From Takakia lepidozioides (lineage: Eukaryota > Plantae > Bryophyta): DNA of 64,000 nucleotides. Below are positions 14,201-27,479 of this stretch, in pieces (position 1 is the first letter of the stretch; each line of letters starts with the position of its first letter). Location: assembly GCA_030704615.1 (NCBI GenBank), contig CM060733.1, positions 2,914,001-2,978,000 of the forward strand, written 5' to 3'. The notes beneath the pieces were generated by a model, which saw nothing but the letters and a program-made list of their open reading frames with translations, made no database searches and had not been told where the DNA came from. The position numbers were made by a program, and so were the translations under genes.

Positions 14201-17200
14201 TTTTCTCCAAACAACTAGGCGATGCAGTCTGTATCAGACTCGCATTCATACAATCCCGGTCCTAGAGACTTGACTGCGTCCTCTAGTCCTACCTTCCTTC
14301 GCTTAACCTCCCTGTGAGGCGCGGTAGCTGTTGCTAAAACTCGGTGAGCATGTGAGGTGGGAAGGAGCTCTCCCTCTGACCACAAATCCTCCTCACTCAA
14401 GTCTGCAAACTCCTCTTCAGAGCCAATCATGTTGAGCTCATCCTCATCTGTTTCTTCGTGAGGTGCTCCAGAAAGAAATGCAACAGTAGTAGTGTAAGGT
14501 CTTACCCCATAAGTAATGGTGCCTGCCCCCCAGTCCGTTCGTGCCCTGGACTAGACCAACCATGGCCTCCCTAATAGGAGTGCATACGAATATTCGTCGA
14601 TGGGGAAGTCTATGATTTGGAAGTCTACTGCATACGTGTAGCCTCCTGTCTTCATCTAGTTGACGTTTGTTATGTGACCCACGGGTCGGATCTTCTGCTG
14701 GTCAGCTAGCCTGATTGTCAGAGGGGATTCCCCTGTCATGTTCAAACCCAGTTTGGATAGAGTGGAGAACGGCATGATGTTGACTGAGCTCCCATCATCC
14801 ACTAAACAGCGTTGTATGAATCGGTCAGCAATTTCCACTTCTATCTCTACTGGTCCTGGATCGATGTGGGCATTGATATAGTGGGCCTGAGCAGGAATGC
14901 TTACTCGCTTCCTCACCAATGATGCCTTAAGAGCGTGGCGGACTGTGGGCGCCATGGCTATGAGCTGAGCAAACGTAATGTTTGCATGAATATGGTGAAG
15001 ATGCTCCATTAGATTGTACGGTTCCAGCTCGTCTGTGAACCGCATGGTTGAATGCACCTTCCTCTGGAGAAGCTTTTCTGGTGCCGCCGGCCGATTTGCC
15101 GGACTCTTTGCTCTTCATACCGGGGGTTGAGAAATGGTTGGTCGGGCTATTGGAGGTTCCGCCTCTGCGAATGCTACCTCCTTTTCTTTGGGGTGGAGGT
15201 CTTCCTCTTCCCGAAGCACAGTCTCCGCCACCTTTCATGCATCTGACTTCATTACTGTGAAGTTCAGATCCTCCCGTTCTGACGCGGACGTGGCTGACTC
15301 CGACGCCACATACCCAGGGCCTTTCCCTAGCGTATCTTGTTGCTGTCGGGTCATCACTGCATAGCTACCTTTTCCGGGGCTAGTTGTCGCGGTTGGAGTG
15401 GCTTCCGGCTCACTCGCAATCCAATTTACTTGGTGCTGCGTCTCCTGGGGGCGCGTTGTATGACTGGGTTGTACGTTGGTCTGTTGTTGCTGGGGCAGCG
15501 CCGAAGTAGACGCTTGATGTCCTCCCTGCACCCTTACATCCTGAGGGGGAGACCACGTGTTAGAAGAACCCTGGGCTATCTGAGCCGCAGGATTTGAATA
15601 AGCTGCTCGGGTAGCCTATCCCTGAGCGGCATTGCCCCCTAAGTATGATGGACCTGCCTGATCCGGCCTAAGTCATTGTGCTATATGTGTTGGGGTAGCA
15701 AATTTATGCATGCTATGCTGTTGTGGTAGAGGGTTGGGTGGTTCAATCGTATACTGATCCGGGAATGGGGCTCGTTGCCCTTCCAAATTCCTCTCTACTT
15801 GCTGAATGGTGGCAGGGGCTGGTCGGTCCACCTGCCTCCGGGGACATCTCTCCAAGGGATGGCCTCTTTGGCCGCAATGCAAACATACAATGTCATTCCA
15901 ACAATCTTTTGTTGGGTGAGTGGTCCTGCCACATTTTTGACAACCTTTCCTGGATTGATTGAATTGTCGTTTTGATCTATCCTGATAAGTCGGGTTTCGG
16001 CTTACCTGCCTCTCCCGAGTGGGATAAGGACAATGTTGAGCAGCATGCCTGGGACCGTCGCAGTTGGAGCACCATACCTTTGCCAGGTTGGGGCCGGATT
16101 CTCCTACTGGAGCAGCATCTTGATACCCCACGTAGCTGGTGATCTGCTGGCCGATGGAGCTCATACGATCGCCCATTGTTTCGATAGTTTTGATGAGAGA
16201 GGTGACTTGCGCCTCCAAATGGCCCACCCTGCATACGAGTCAGTAGGGGCAGCATTCGTATACTGTGGCACGGTCGGTGCTATTGCTGGTGTATGGGATG
16301 TCGTCAGGGCGTATGGCCTTGCTCCTCCTACATATGGCGGCGTATAGTGTAGAGCGGGTTGGATCACCGCTAATGGCATAGGCTCCTACGTGGGTTCGAT
16401 CGTAATGTATGATGGAAGTGCAAAGTCGGGCATCTTGGCCCGTTGTACCTAGCAATGCATGTTGTCGAACTCCTTGCCGGCTTGTACGGCATCTACTAGT
16501 ATTGCGGGTCTTTGCTGCAAAACATGAAAGTGAGTGGCCTCTCATAATCCACTCAGAAAACAATCCTTCAGTACCCCATCATCTAGGGGGGTTAAAGGGT
16601 TTTGGAGTCGCATCAACTCTCGAAATCGCATTTCAAAGTCTGCTACCTCCTCTGTGGGGCCTTGGCAGATCCTAGCCAGTGCCATCAAGACACTGGTGAA
16701 CTGGTGGACCGCTCGAAAATGATCTAAAAATGTGGCCCTACCCCTCATGGTTGTGGGAAACCATATCAACCAATAGGCATCGTTTAACGCTTGGTTAGAA
16801 TAGCAACACTGAATAAAGCTCTTCACATGATACTCTGGGTTTTCATATGCTTCCCCGGAGAACCAAGACAAATGCCTCGGTAACGTTAACGGGGGCAGGC
16901 CTGCTAGGACCACAGTAGGTACCTCAGGTGGTCCTGGAATATGTGCCATGACTGACACTAACGACGGCGAAGGGCTCCTTTGACCTGGCCGGTGGTGTAT
17001 AAGGGGGACTAGATACAGGGGAAACCACTTGTGAACACTCGATCTCTGAAAAGCTGTCAGTGTTCTCTCCTTCCCACTCTATCTTACTCAAACTTCTAGT
17101 TTCTAAGTCTGATTGTGGACTCGATGCTGGGTGTTTCCCTAGCAGTTGATCTCTGACGGCTTCTCCAGCCAGTCTCCTTTGCAACCTAGTATCAAAGGAA

Positions 17201-17247
17201 ATGCTATCCAAGCTTGGGAGTGTGGCTCTTGATCCTGAGCTAGACAT
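11285..17247 (-). pseudogene. Gypsy gag-pol polyprotein, many stops and frameshifts
   Basis: Gag (FSGEAYENPEYHVKSF) with three CCHC knuckles (CSNCDGPRHAAQHC, CQKCGRTTHPTKDC, CLHCGQRGHPLERC). Protease LVDDGSS. RT GLRVCVDFRSLN...FLDDF. RNase H VDASAVAVG/TTEREAL. Integrase HDSMCGGH, CDSC, WGIDYVG, SDRGSHF, GPY. Confidence 0.95.
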
Positions 17248-17251
17248 ACAC

Positions 17252-18870
17252 TCACTGCTGTGCTGATGAGGATTCTCCTACCTCAGTCTGTATTAAAGGA
17301 CCTATATTATCTTGAACAACCATGTCAAGAATAAACGAGGTCAAATTTAAATACCTTCCATAGAACCTTGGCAATGGAGGTATGTCAGTGTGCAACTTCC
17401 CATGAATTACCCTGTCTTCGGGTGGTCGGGGCACATTGCAGTACCTACACTCATCCAACCTACGCACATAATGGGATGCCAGGAGCTAACATACGCGGCA
17501 ATGAGTGAAGACGTCTACCTGCCACCGTAGATGTGCCGCAAAAGAAGACCTGGGGTGCAATGCTCCTAGATAAATTCCAGGGCATGAACAATACGGCCAG
17601 TTGAACCTTTCCTTACACCAGTAGAAATGCTCTAGTGCATTTGCTTCCGAGAGTCGCTCACACCAAACCCTTTCGTTAATCCACCCCTTCTTGATGGATT
17701 TTCGTTGAGCTAATCGCTCAATGTAACCTTATATGATATGTCGATTTCTGGTTCATGTTGCCAGAATTTGCTGCGAATTCTCTTGACCCTAGCTTCAAAA
17801 ATCATACCCACCTTAGAAGTTCATGTAGAAAAGATTCTTAGCACTGCAGGACACGAGGTGGATGACACTGGTAAATTCCAAAGCATTATATTGCTTGTGC
17901 CGATTGGCGACATGTTAAAAATGAAAGCATACTTTGCAGCTGCGAGACCTCTACCGATCTTCGAAGGCAGTTACCCTAGACTGCAGATGTTCCTTCCTCG
18001 TCCATTTCCACTAGTGACTCTGGTACTGATGTACAAGGAGAGCTGCTAACCGAAGAAATAGCATGCACCAACTTTAATGGAATGAGAGGAAGGAAACTTG
18101 TGGGAATTTCCCGGGCAAAGTAGAATGGCGGTGGTCGTTCTGGATCCGCAATGACGCCTTGGGGAGCCGCTGAAGGGTGCCCTTCAATCCAAGTGATGTC
18201 GTGTATGATGGGCGCCACGTCCAACTGTCCGTTGGTGACCAATTCGATGATTAGTGCTGCCTCACTTTCACTGCGACTGCTGTAAAATCTGGGTGGACAA
18301 ATGTAGGTGATAGTAGTGTTCGGATGAGGTAGACGTTCCTCTACCTCCAGATAATCTTCTAACCCACACCCAAACAGCCAACACATCCAGTTAAATGGAA
18401 GATCAATAAAACTCTTTTTGCTCAAATAGGAGGTGGCCTCCCCAGACCTCCGAATAGTGGGAAGGGGACGATGGAAATCGATGCCTTCGTCTGCGACGGT
18501 TCGACACAGAGGGCGGCACCCTAAACGCCACTTGCCAAACGAGATGTGCCTCTAGCGAGGATTGCACATTGAGATTCCCTATGAAGGGGGGTTGGCAGCA
18601 CCCGGGCCAACGTGTATTAAACCTGAAAAATGAAGAGATAGGGGCAGTGAGAGCCTTGTCCCCCAATGGCCCTACTTTGGCCGAGATCCAGTACGCTCGG
18701 TACTCTTCGGCGATGTCCAATATGCGGCCGCGCATCAACCTGCAAACCACGATTGCATCTTCGGTTCGCTTTTCGCCGGATCGGGTGCCGGAAATGACAC
18801 GGTAAAGACCCACCATGCGTGCCTCAAAAGACAAGTAAAAATGATGGGCTTCCATATGATCGGTGGCCAT
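17252..18870 (-). pseudogene. Degraded accessory ORF between PBS and gag, unknown function
   Basis: Consecutive same-strand ORFs 18403-18870, 17976-18425 and 17252-17467 (CRYCNV...IHGKLH) lie in the sense of gag and directly upstream of it. Confidence 0.5.
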
Positions 18871-19093
18871 GCTGCAACTTCATGATTGTCATGGCGTTAG
18901 TAATTTCAATGAGCACTGATCCAAACACCCTCATGCAAGAGCTTCTAATCTTCATATGCATGGGATTTCTCATCCACCTGATGGAGTAAGATCATGAATA
19001 AACAGTAAAATATTGCATAGAAACAAATCAGGACGAGAACACATATTGTTAGTCCGTCCATAACAACTGGAGAAGCCCTGACTATTCACTTAC

Positions 19094-19111
19094 CCCCCGG
19101 TAGATACACCA
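19094..19111 (-). other. Primer-binding-site-like motif
   Basis: Minus strand TGGTGTATCTACCGGGGG starts after a 6-nt gap from the LTR-terminal CA. The cognate tRNA was not identified. Confidence 0.55.
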
Positions 19112-19117
19112 TTTATA

Positions 19118-20123
19118 TGACGAGCCCTGAGTGCGCGCGGTCAGGGTGACGGCATACTAGCTAGGGGGGTCGTGGTAAGTTGCGGTGTAGGTTGGGCTCA
19201 CTGAACCGCCTACCCGACTGCGGTTAGTGCAGGGGGTCCGTGGTCGTACGTGATGGCTATAATCACTATCTAAGTCCTACCAGCAAAGAGAAGTCGCGTA
19301 CTCCTCTTCACAGGGCGAGTTTGCGTTTCTAAGTCCTCGGTATTCTACAATCTACTCAATAACTGTCTTCTAAGTCTTTGTGTTTTATTGTCTAATTCCT
19401 ACCGCCTAGGCTCCCGAGCCGCCTATAGCCGAGATATGTTTTTATCCCTTCACAAGGCACCTGCCGAGCCTAGGAAGAAGAGGGGAAATCTTCCTCTCCC
19501 AATGCCCCTCCTTCACCGAGTGCTTGAATTCAAGTCATCTCTGATGGAAGGGCCAACGCTTCCTATCCCAGTGCCTAAAATACTTTGTTTTAGCAAAAGA
19601 GTGGCCAAAATACCTATCATAATCCAATAGGTTCACCAAGTTTCATAAGGTGGTTCTAAGCCTCTCAAATCAATAAGTTCAATCAGTTTAATAAATGCCA
19701 TTCACGCTATAACTTGCCCCACGTGCATCTATCCTATTGAAGCAATTTTGCACATCAGAAATGCTGGAAAATAAAAGAATTTAAGAAAATGAGGTAAAAA
19801 AAACCTCCCCGATGGACAATTAGGTGGGAAATCCAAAGATGTCCTTAGCGCCTAAAAATGCCCTTGGGAACCCCGTGAGAACCGAGGAACGCCCAAGAAC
19901 AGTTCCCTGCCGTGGGGAACTGCCGCGGCCCTGTCAGATGAATGAATCCGCTGGGAATTCATCCTTGCCACTACATTTGTCAGTCCATAACATGCATGCG
20001 TAAATAATAAAATAACTACTGGGGTGTCCAAGCCACATTTCACCCCTTTACATTATTTTAAGGCTATGGTACGCTTTCCCTCTTTGGAAAAGTCATCATC
20101 TACTTTGGGCTCTAACACAAAGG
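19118..20123 (-). repeat. 5' LTR, truncated (about 1 kb retained)
   Basis: Colinear with 6361-~7367. Homology stops abruptly after ...cacaaagg. Confidence 0.9.
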
Positions 20124-20840
20124 ACGACGCGACCCCATTCGGGTCGTCAGTTTTTTGCCACACTCCAGTCTGATAGTGGATGATAGTGGATGGAAGTGAA
20201 CCCTCAAGATAAATTGTGGATGTCAGAGAGGAGCACGTGTGGGAATTTACAGCGCCAAAAAATCATAAAGGCTCTGCTCCCTAGAATTTTTCAAAGTGCC
20301 AAGGGGTCAGAAAATCCAGTGTTAGAGCACCCTTGACCTGCCTACATGGCAGCCAAATGGGCAATTTTCAAAATAACATCTAGGGCTGAAAATTTATCAT
20401 AATCCCAATTTTCTTGGACATGGCACTATGAAATGTTACTGGGCACTTACTAACCACAGGAATTGGAAAACAAATATCGTCTCATGGGTGTAATTGTGAA
20501 AGAAGCCAAAACAAGACACTTTACCCCCCCAGATTTCACATACAAAGCAGCCTATCTGAATTTTTGGAATTTTGGTCTGATTTTTGTGGGAGGCAGTGGT
20601 TTAGGTGCCATATAATCAGATTATGGAGGGCCTTTGTGTAGGAAGATTCAACTCGATACAGTAATTTTATGGTCAAACAATTTTTTGCATGCAACTTTTG
20701 AATACATTTACAAATTGGGGCATATTATTTTGTTATAATCTCCCAAATGCAATGGTCAATTTGCCTACATTTTTTACAGGACGTGTACATAGTAGATATG
20801 CACATAAGTATAAGGTTCATCCCCCTGGATGATTGGGGGT
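20124..20840. mobile_element. Remnant of the TTAA/piggyBac-like non-autonomous family
   Basis: Starts with the hairpin cgaccccattcgggtcg, like the subterminal hairpins near 26586 and 27496. Shares cccc...catacaaagcagc with ~27908-27935 and tttaggtgccatat with the reverse complement of ~28874-28888. Confidence 0.5.
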
Positions 20841-21176
20841 AAGAAGTTACACCCCCATCCATAAGTGTATGTACTCTTTTTCAGTGGAGAGACCTCGGTG
20901 TCAGCAAGGTGGATCATGGAAGTTGGAAGTTGGAAGTTGGAAGAGACCTATAACCGTTCAATGGTGGCCTCTGCGGTCATAGGTAGAGATACATCCGTTT
21001 ATAGGACATGTGAATGTGCGGTCATAGGTCTCTAATCGGGGATAGGCCACCACACCATATGCGGCAACAGTGACGCACAGAATGAGCATTGGTATGGCTA
21101 AAGCGAATCTCTCCTTTCCTACTGTACAGGCGATCTTCCGAGCGGATTGTCAGCACGGAAGAGAGAGAGAGAGAGC

Positions 21177-24100
21177 ATGTCGGGCAGTAGCGTGCCATCT
21201 CTGGCTCAGCGATGGAATCTTGAAGGCAAGACGGCTCTCGTGACTGGTGGGACTCGGGGTCTCGGGTACTTTTTTTCTCCTTTCCTTGTGGGCTTTGGGA
21301 CCGGAAGCGTCAGATTTTGTGCACTCTTGCTATACATGGGTATCTCGAATCCGTGCTCAAGGCTAGTCCCAACATGGTGTGCTGAGTGTAGTTTATCCCT
21401 GGCCTTGGTCGCCTGAGGAATAAAACAGTTTGACAAAGTTTCGATTTTCTAGTGGGCTTTCAGCCAGTGAAGAGATTTGGTGCACCGGATGCTACTCACC
21501 CCATTATCTCCTTAAACCAAAGCATTTTGACAACATGGTGCTGAGGTCACCCTAGCATTTTGAGCGGGTATTTGTGCGAGAAGATCAGCCTGGTATCTGT
21601 GAATGCGTCCAGTAATCTTTTACATTGGTAATTGATCAATTATTGGGGATATCAATTTGGGTTTCATCACCCTCTATCCAACTAGCCCTCGCCATTCATC
21701 TTCCAGAATTCTACAAAGTATTTTAGCACTGGCTTTCTTTGTGTTAATGCAGTAGGCAACTAAAATTTAGAGAGCGAAGTCACCTTTGTCTTTGGTTGGC
21801 TACTGACCCTTTCCCCAGATGGTGGGAGAGATCCATTAAGCTGTTACCTAGTCCATCGAATTTGGGAAACTTGACACTTACTCCAGAGTTGCAAAAGCAC
21901 TGTAAGTTGGTTCTGATATACCACTTGGAAGCTGGCAGCCATGCCATGGTGGAAGAGCTAGCGGGGCTGGGAGTGTCTGTATACACCTGTGGAAGATCGG
22001 AAGGGACCCTCAATGACCGCTTGAAATCATGGAGCGAGGCAGGCTTGAAGGTGGAAGGTTCTGTGTGCGATGTTTCATCACGGGAAGCTCGAGAGGAGCT
22101 GTTCAAGAAAGTTGATACTCATTTTGAAGGAAAACTTGATATATTGGTATGTTAATTGATACCAATTCTGGTTTTCCCCTTTACTGTCCTTACTCATATA
22201 GCAGTAAAACTCTTTCACATTCACAATTCCATTCTTGTCATGCTTCCACAATATGCCTGTATTTTCACACGGGAGGTTCAACATCCTGCCTGATAAATTT
22301 GGCAAGCAATGGCAAAGCATTACAAGGTTGAAAGCAGCGTAATGTCTGGATAAGATTCTCTCTTTCTCTCTCCTTGCATGACCGCTTGCCTTCACAGTGT
22401 CCATTTCTGGCTCTTTCTTTTCTTGGTCTTTTAAGGCTACTGCCATGTTGAGACAGAAAGGATGTACACGGTAGACTTGGAAGTAGACCCAAGATGAAGC
22501 TAAATAAGTGAGAAGGAAGGGTTTTAGTGTTTGAAAAGTAGTTCTATTTCTGCTTTGATACAAGAGTGCGTGGTTCTTGTCCTGTTATCCTGGAAAAAAA
22601 TTCACCAATAGTTGGTTCACAAATGGAAAGAATGAGGGCAACATTTTTTGATCAGATGTTTATGTTCCGAAGTTTTATTGTGTGGAAGGAGGTTATGAAA
22701 ACTCAACATGATAGCTAAAATGAACCTTTAGAGGTTGTTTGATTTCACAGGTGGTCAGACATTTCCTCTGTTTCTCTGACGGCTGTGTCTAAATTTGTAG
22801 TTACCTGGAGGAATTTCACGGCCTTAGCATAGTAATTGTCTGAAACCAGGAGTTTGATGTTCATCAAGCAATGAATAACATGGCTGCTTAATGACTTCAA
22901 AGATGCTCAGGTGTTGCTTATCTTGGCTAAGAGGCTGACCTCTGGAGTTTTGAAGTATGGCATGCGCTAAACCATAACCCCTGAAGCTCATTGGCTTTCA
23001 TTGGTTTGACTTGTTGATTTTGAATCTTGTCCCAAGGTGAATAATGTTGGCACGAACATCCGGAAGCCCGCAATAGAATACACTGCTGAGGACTTCTCCC
23101 ATATATTGTCCACCAACTTTGAGTCTGCTTATCATCTTAGTCAGCTTGCACACCCCTATTTAAAGGCCTCGGGGAAGGGTAGCATTGTATTTGTCTCTTC
23201 AGTGGCAGGAGTTGTGGCAATTAGCTCGGGTTCACTCTATGCTGCAACTAAAGGTATGTTTCGTTAAGCCCTTTCTTTCATTCGTGCTTTCTTTCCTTCT
23301 CTGTCCCCTAGGCCTCCTGGGGCTTCCCATGGAGGCAATAGATTTCTTCTCTCTCTTTCCACAGGCTGTTTTTAAAATGTCAGTGAAGGTGAATCTTCCC
23401 AAGGGGGACTTGTTTCTTGGAGAGTGTAGTGTGGCAGTTTTTTAACTGGCAAGACTGTCTGCAACCAGGAGTTCATTATGTCCCATAAGGATAAATATCT
23501 GCAAGGCTAGAGCATGACCATTCTATCCTAAATTATGTCTCCTGTGTCACCCCTCTTTATGCTCCCATGTTCCCCTCCTCTTAACGTGTGGATGTGTTGA
23601 AATGATATGAAATTGTTTGCTAGAGAACTTGAACTGCATCACAAAGGGAATCAGTGAGGAGTGTATTGGGGGTGTAATTGTGCAGGGGCCATGAACCAGG
23701 TGACTAAGAATCTAGCATGTGAGTGGGCAAAGGATGGTATCCGTGTTAACGCTGTTGCTCCTTGGTACATCAACACAGACCTCGCGGCACAGGTCTTCCT
23801 CAACTTCCCCTCTTCTCCCTCTCTACTTGTCTATTGCGCTCTCTTCAAATCTATTAGGGTATTGTGCCTGTACCCCTGTTTACCAACTTTGAAAGTCTCG
23901 AGGCTGAGCCAAAAGCCCAGGCCCTCCTGAGGCCTAGTTTTTGGGCAAATCACACACAGCAGATTGATGCTTGTGTGAAGGGATTTCTAGAGGATATCTG
24001 GAAAACCCGGATTAATTCTATATATGGAGGTAAGTCTTACTACCAACGTCAGCCCCTGACAGAGGTAGGTTCTGTCCCTTTTGTTCCCGCTCAAACTGGG

Positions 24101-25188
24101 CGCGGGGTCAATGGCCACAAGGCTACGGCAAACAACGTCTTATGAGTACAATCTATTGGGCCCTTTGGGCCTCCTGCTTATCTTATTTCTCTCTCTTCTC
24201 CTGTCCAGCATGGTATGATGAGATCCAAGGAAGATACTATTGTCTCTTAGGGAAACCCAATCTCTGGCAGAGTTTTTACCTTTGAAGACCTATCTGCATA
24301 AGGTACTTGGTTGATGTTTTCTGAAGGGGTCTCTTGTGTTCTAGATGTCCAATGGGCATTTGGGGCCCCCTGTGAACCTGATAAAGTTTCTTCCTTGCTG
24401 GACAACAGTTATTATTTGGCCAGTCTTTCTTTCTTTTGGCATAAGCCCTGAGCTTTGAGGGCTTTGAGGTTAGCAGCTTATCATCATTTGGTACTTTGTC
24501 TTTGGTCAACACCAACTCCAATTGCCTGTAACTACCGTGTCGTTGCTCCGGATCCCATGACTGCCACCAGGATGGTAGGGAGTATGACCTTGATAGGATG
24601 TCAAACCAACTTTTGCAAGGGAAAAGCCAATTAATATGTACCTCTCTCTCTCTACACCTCCCTCACCCTTTCGACACACTGCCACTGTCTGATATGCACA
24701 CTTTTTTTCCAATTTCCACTGAAGTGGGTTTTCAGGAATGGAGTGACTGCCCTCCTCTTTCCCCACCTCTATGCTCTGTCCAACCATGTGTTCAACCTAT
24801 GGCTACAGAGGATACTGCCCCTTCTGCTTTCCTCCACTCCCTCTTTTTTTCCTCCTGACCTTTAAACTTTCAGCAAATCTTTATTTCAATTTGCTTGGCG
24901 TTTACACTGGAATAGGTTGGTGGAATAGTTCAATTGATAACTACACATTCAAGATCCTTTTAACCGTCCTTAAAATATGCAAATGGATGTGTTGAACAGG
25001 TGTTAAACAATCCCAGTTTCAAAGCTGAGGTGGTGGGTAGGACGCCTCTGCGGCGAGTTGGGGAGCCATATGAGGTTGCAGGCATGGTGGCATTCTTGTG
25101 CATGCCCACTGCTTCTTATATAACTGGGCAAACCATAGTCATTGATGGTGGTATGACTGTGAATGGTTTCTTCCCCACCACCAGATAA
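21177..25188 (+). CDS. Tropinone reductase-like short-chain dehydrogenase/reductase, 269 aa; exons 21177-21265, 21939-22146, 23037-23253, 23686-23792, 25000-25188
   Basis: Motifs [25 protein letters not shown], catalytic S...[36 protein letters not shown] and [13 protein letters not shown]. All introns are GT-AG and the frame is kept (810 nt total). Confidence 0.96.
23865..24155 (+). repeat. Dispersed repeat copy in intron 4; inverted partner at ~26128-26365
   Basis: Both copies translate HTQQ(ID/VG)ACVKGFL(E/D)D(I/M)WKT...KA(T/M)ANN on opposite strands. Confidence 0.75.
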
Positions 25189-26127
25189 ATCTGAGCCCTT
25201 TGAATTCCCTGATGCTGAACCGCCCCCTTCTCCTGACGATGCTCTGTAGGGTAAATACATAAATACATGCACTGGAAAGTTTCGCAAGGAAATCAGATGC
25301 ATGTCGGTGAATTGAACCAGCAAGCGGGTATATTGAGAGTGCATAAGCACTAAGAAATGCGGAGGAGCGATGGTCAAATCAATGCGGTGGAAATCGGACA
25401 GTGTGATGTCGGGGATTCAGGACGGTTGGATAGTGTCAAATCAAGGGTGTGGAGTACAAGATGAGTTGGCCTTATGGGTTGGCCACTCTAAAGTAGTCAC
25501 TCTATTGGTCTCGCTATGCATTAGTAGTGGCAGGCTGGCATTGATGTGTTGGCTGGACCATCTCAGCTTTTTTCTAGTGATGCTTAAACTAGTGAAATTA
25601 ATGCTCATTAGGTGTGGATTTGTGGGCAACCACAGTAAATAAGTAGACACTCTACTCTTTACCTCTCCTAATCATCATCATGGATGTGGCAGAATCCTGC
25701 TGCGAAATAGGGGTGACAATCAATAGTTACTGCCTCCCATATTGAACTGCAAAACTTGGGACAGGTTGCATTGACCTTAATTTCAATATTGTAACATGGA
25801 ATATCCAGAGACACACACACACAGACAGACTTAGGCTTGATATTTCAAACAAATAAGCCGAAGTCAAGTTCACGTAGCAAGGATCTTACAATGAAAGCCT
25901 AAACTTAGTGCGGGAATTGAAAGTGCAGCCAGCTTCCAAGCCTCGTCAGGACTCAGGAGTGAAGGATGAAACTTTTCATGTGAAGAGCTATTGGGTGTAG
26001 TCTGTCAAGGGCCTGACAGTGGTGAGGCGGTCCCGCATGGTAGGAAGGGTGTGGCTGGTGTTAAAGGGAAAGGAGAGCTAGGAAGGAAGATCGGAGATGG
26101 GGTAGACACTGGAGACGCAGTGGGCAG

Positions 26128-26365
26128 AAGAGAATGTACTCTTAGGAAGTTGTTTGCCATAGCCTTGTAGCCATAGACCCTTTGCACAGTTTGGGCAGAA
26201 CCATGGTGAAGACCATTAGTTTGAGTTTTCCACATATCGTCTAGAAAGCCCTTGACACAAGCACCAACTTGCTGTGTGTGTGTGCTGCTCAGCAATTAGA
26301 CCCCAACGGGGCCAGGGCTTTACGCTCAGCCTCAAGGTTTTCAAAGTTAGTGAACAGAGGTGTAG
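26128..26365 (-). repeat. Inverted copy of the intron-4 repeat, downstream of the SDR gene
   Basis: Reverse-complement homology to 23865-24155, e.g. actttgaaa...gaggctgagc and cacacacagca...tgcttgtgt. Confidence 0.75.
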
Positions 26366-26569
26366 GGACAATATTCTCGATGTTAATGAATATGGTCAGT
26401 CTCTATTGAGAACATCCCAGACAATGTATAAGATGGATATTGTCTTGAGGCTGTTGCCACACCAAGCAATAATTCTCTGCATCGTGTATTGTTCAAAGGT
26501 AGGCTTCCAGCCCCCAGTTTAAATTTCAGTCTAGTCCCAAGGGTGGGTAGGCCTTGAGATCATCCTTAA

Positions 26570-27386
26570 CCCTTAAGTTCCCAAGCGACCTGAATCGGGT
26601 CACTTTGAATTTGCAGTTCGACCTAATTTTTGCAGATCTAATCTGATGGGGCCCACTCCTAAAGCTTTAATGACAAGGGATTTGTCTCGAGTATGATGAA
26701 AAAAACAAAATTAAAAAAAAAACAAAAGCTACCACTTACAAAAAAATATCTTAGATTTACGTTTTGGGGCCTGAAAAGGGTTGTTGACCGCTGACGTGGC
26801 AGGTAAACAAGCCCAAAACAGATTGCACTCCAAAGGCCATTTTTGGCAGAAAAATCACAATTTTGGAAAAAACACTTCACCTTGTGGTGTGTGAGCATTA
26901 CATACACACATCCACAGTTGGCTTTTAAAAAATTTGTAGAAAAAAAAGTACTTCATTTGGAGGCACATTTTTTGTTGTCAATTTTGAGATTTCAACCCCC
27001 ATGTAATTGCATGAATAGCAACCATAGGTGAAAAAATCAGTTGGACCTGCAACTTAGTGGGGTCATGGCCACTCCACTATTGATTTGGAAATTGTGGTCT
27101 TGGGGCAAGCAAAATTGGAGAAAGCTAGGTTTTGATTTGGTCAAACCAATTTCTTTCTCACTTTTTCTTTGGGACCTGATATTTGAGGTCCGGGCCAACG
27201 CTATAATCTCACAATTTCCACGGTGGACTTGGCTCATTTTTTGGTATGTCATGCATAAATGAGCTGGGCCCATTGCTATAAGGCTGGAATCTGTGGATGA
27301 TTTTTGGTAGGTTTCTAGGGGCAATGTATTGTAGCTGGGTACCCAAAATTGGTAAAAGGTCAAAAAAGGGCTTGGGAACTTAAGGG
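26570..27386. mobile_element. piggyBac-like non-autonomous element (817 bp), TTAA TSD, perfect 17-bp TIR
   Basis: TTAA|CCCTTAAGTTCCCAAGC ... GCTTGGGAACTTAAGGG|TTAA. No coding capacity. Confidence 0.85.
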
Positions 27387-27479
27387 TTAAGGTCCATGTT
27401 CATGTCACAAACTGGAAACAAGTTTATGGAAGTCTTATTATTACACCTCACTTCACTTTGATCGGACAGGTCAGCTTAA

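Larger units (their letters stand above)
6361..20123 (-). mobile_element. Ty3/Gypsy LTR retrotransposon (non-chromovirus type), decayed, 5' LTR truncated
   Basis: Direct repeats start at 6361 and 19118 (tgacgWgccctgag...). Internal order on the minus strand is gag-PR-RT-RNaseH-INT. PBS-like and PPT-like signals sit next to the LTRs. Confidence 0.93.
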
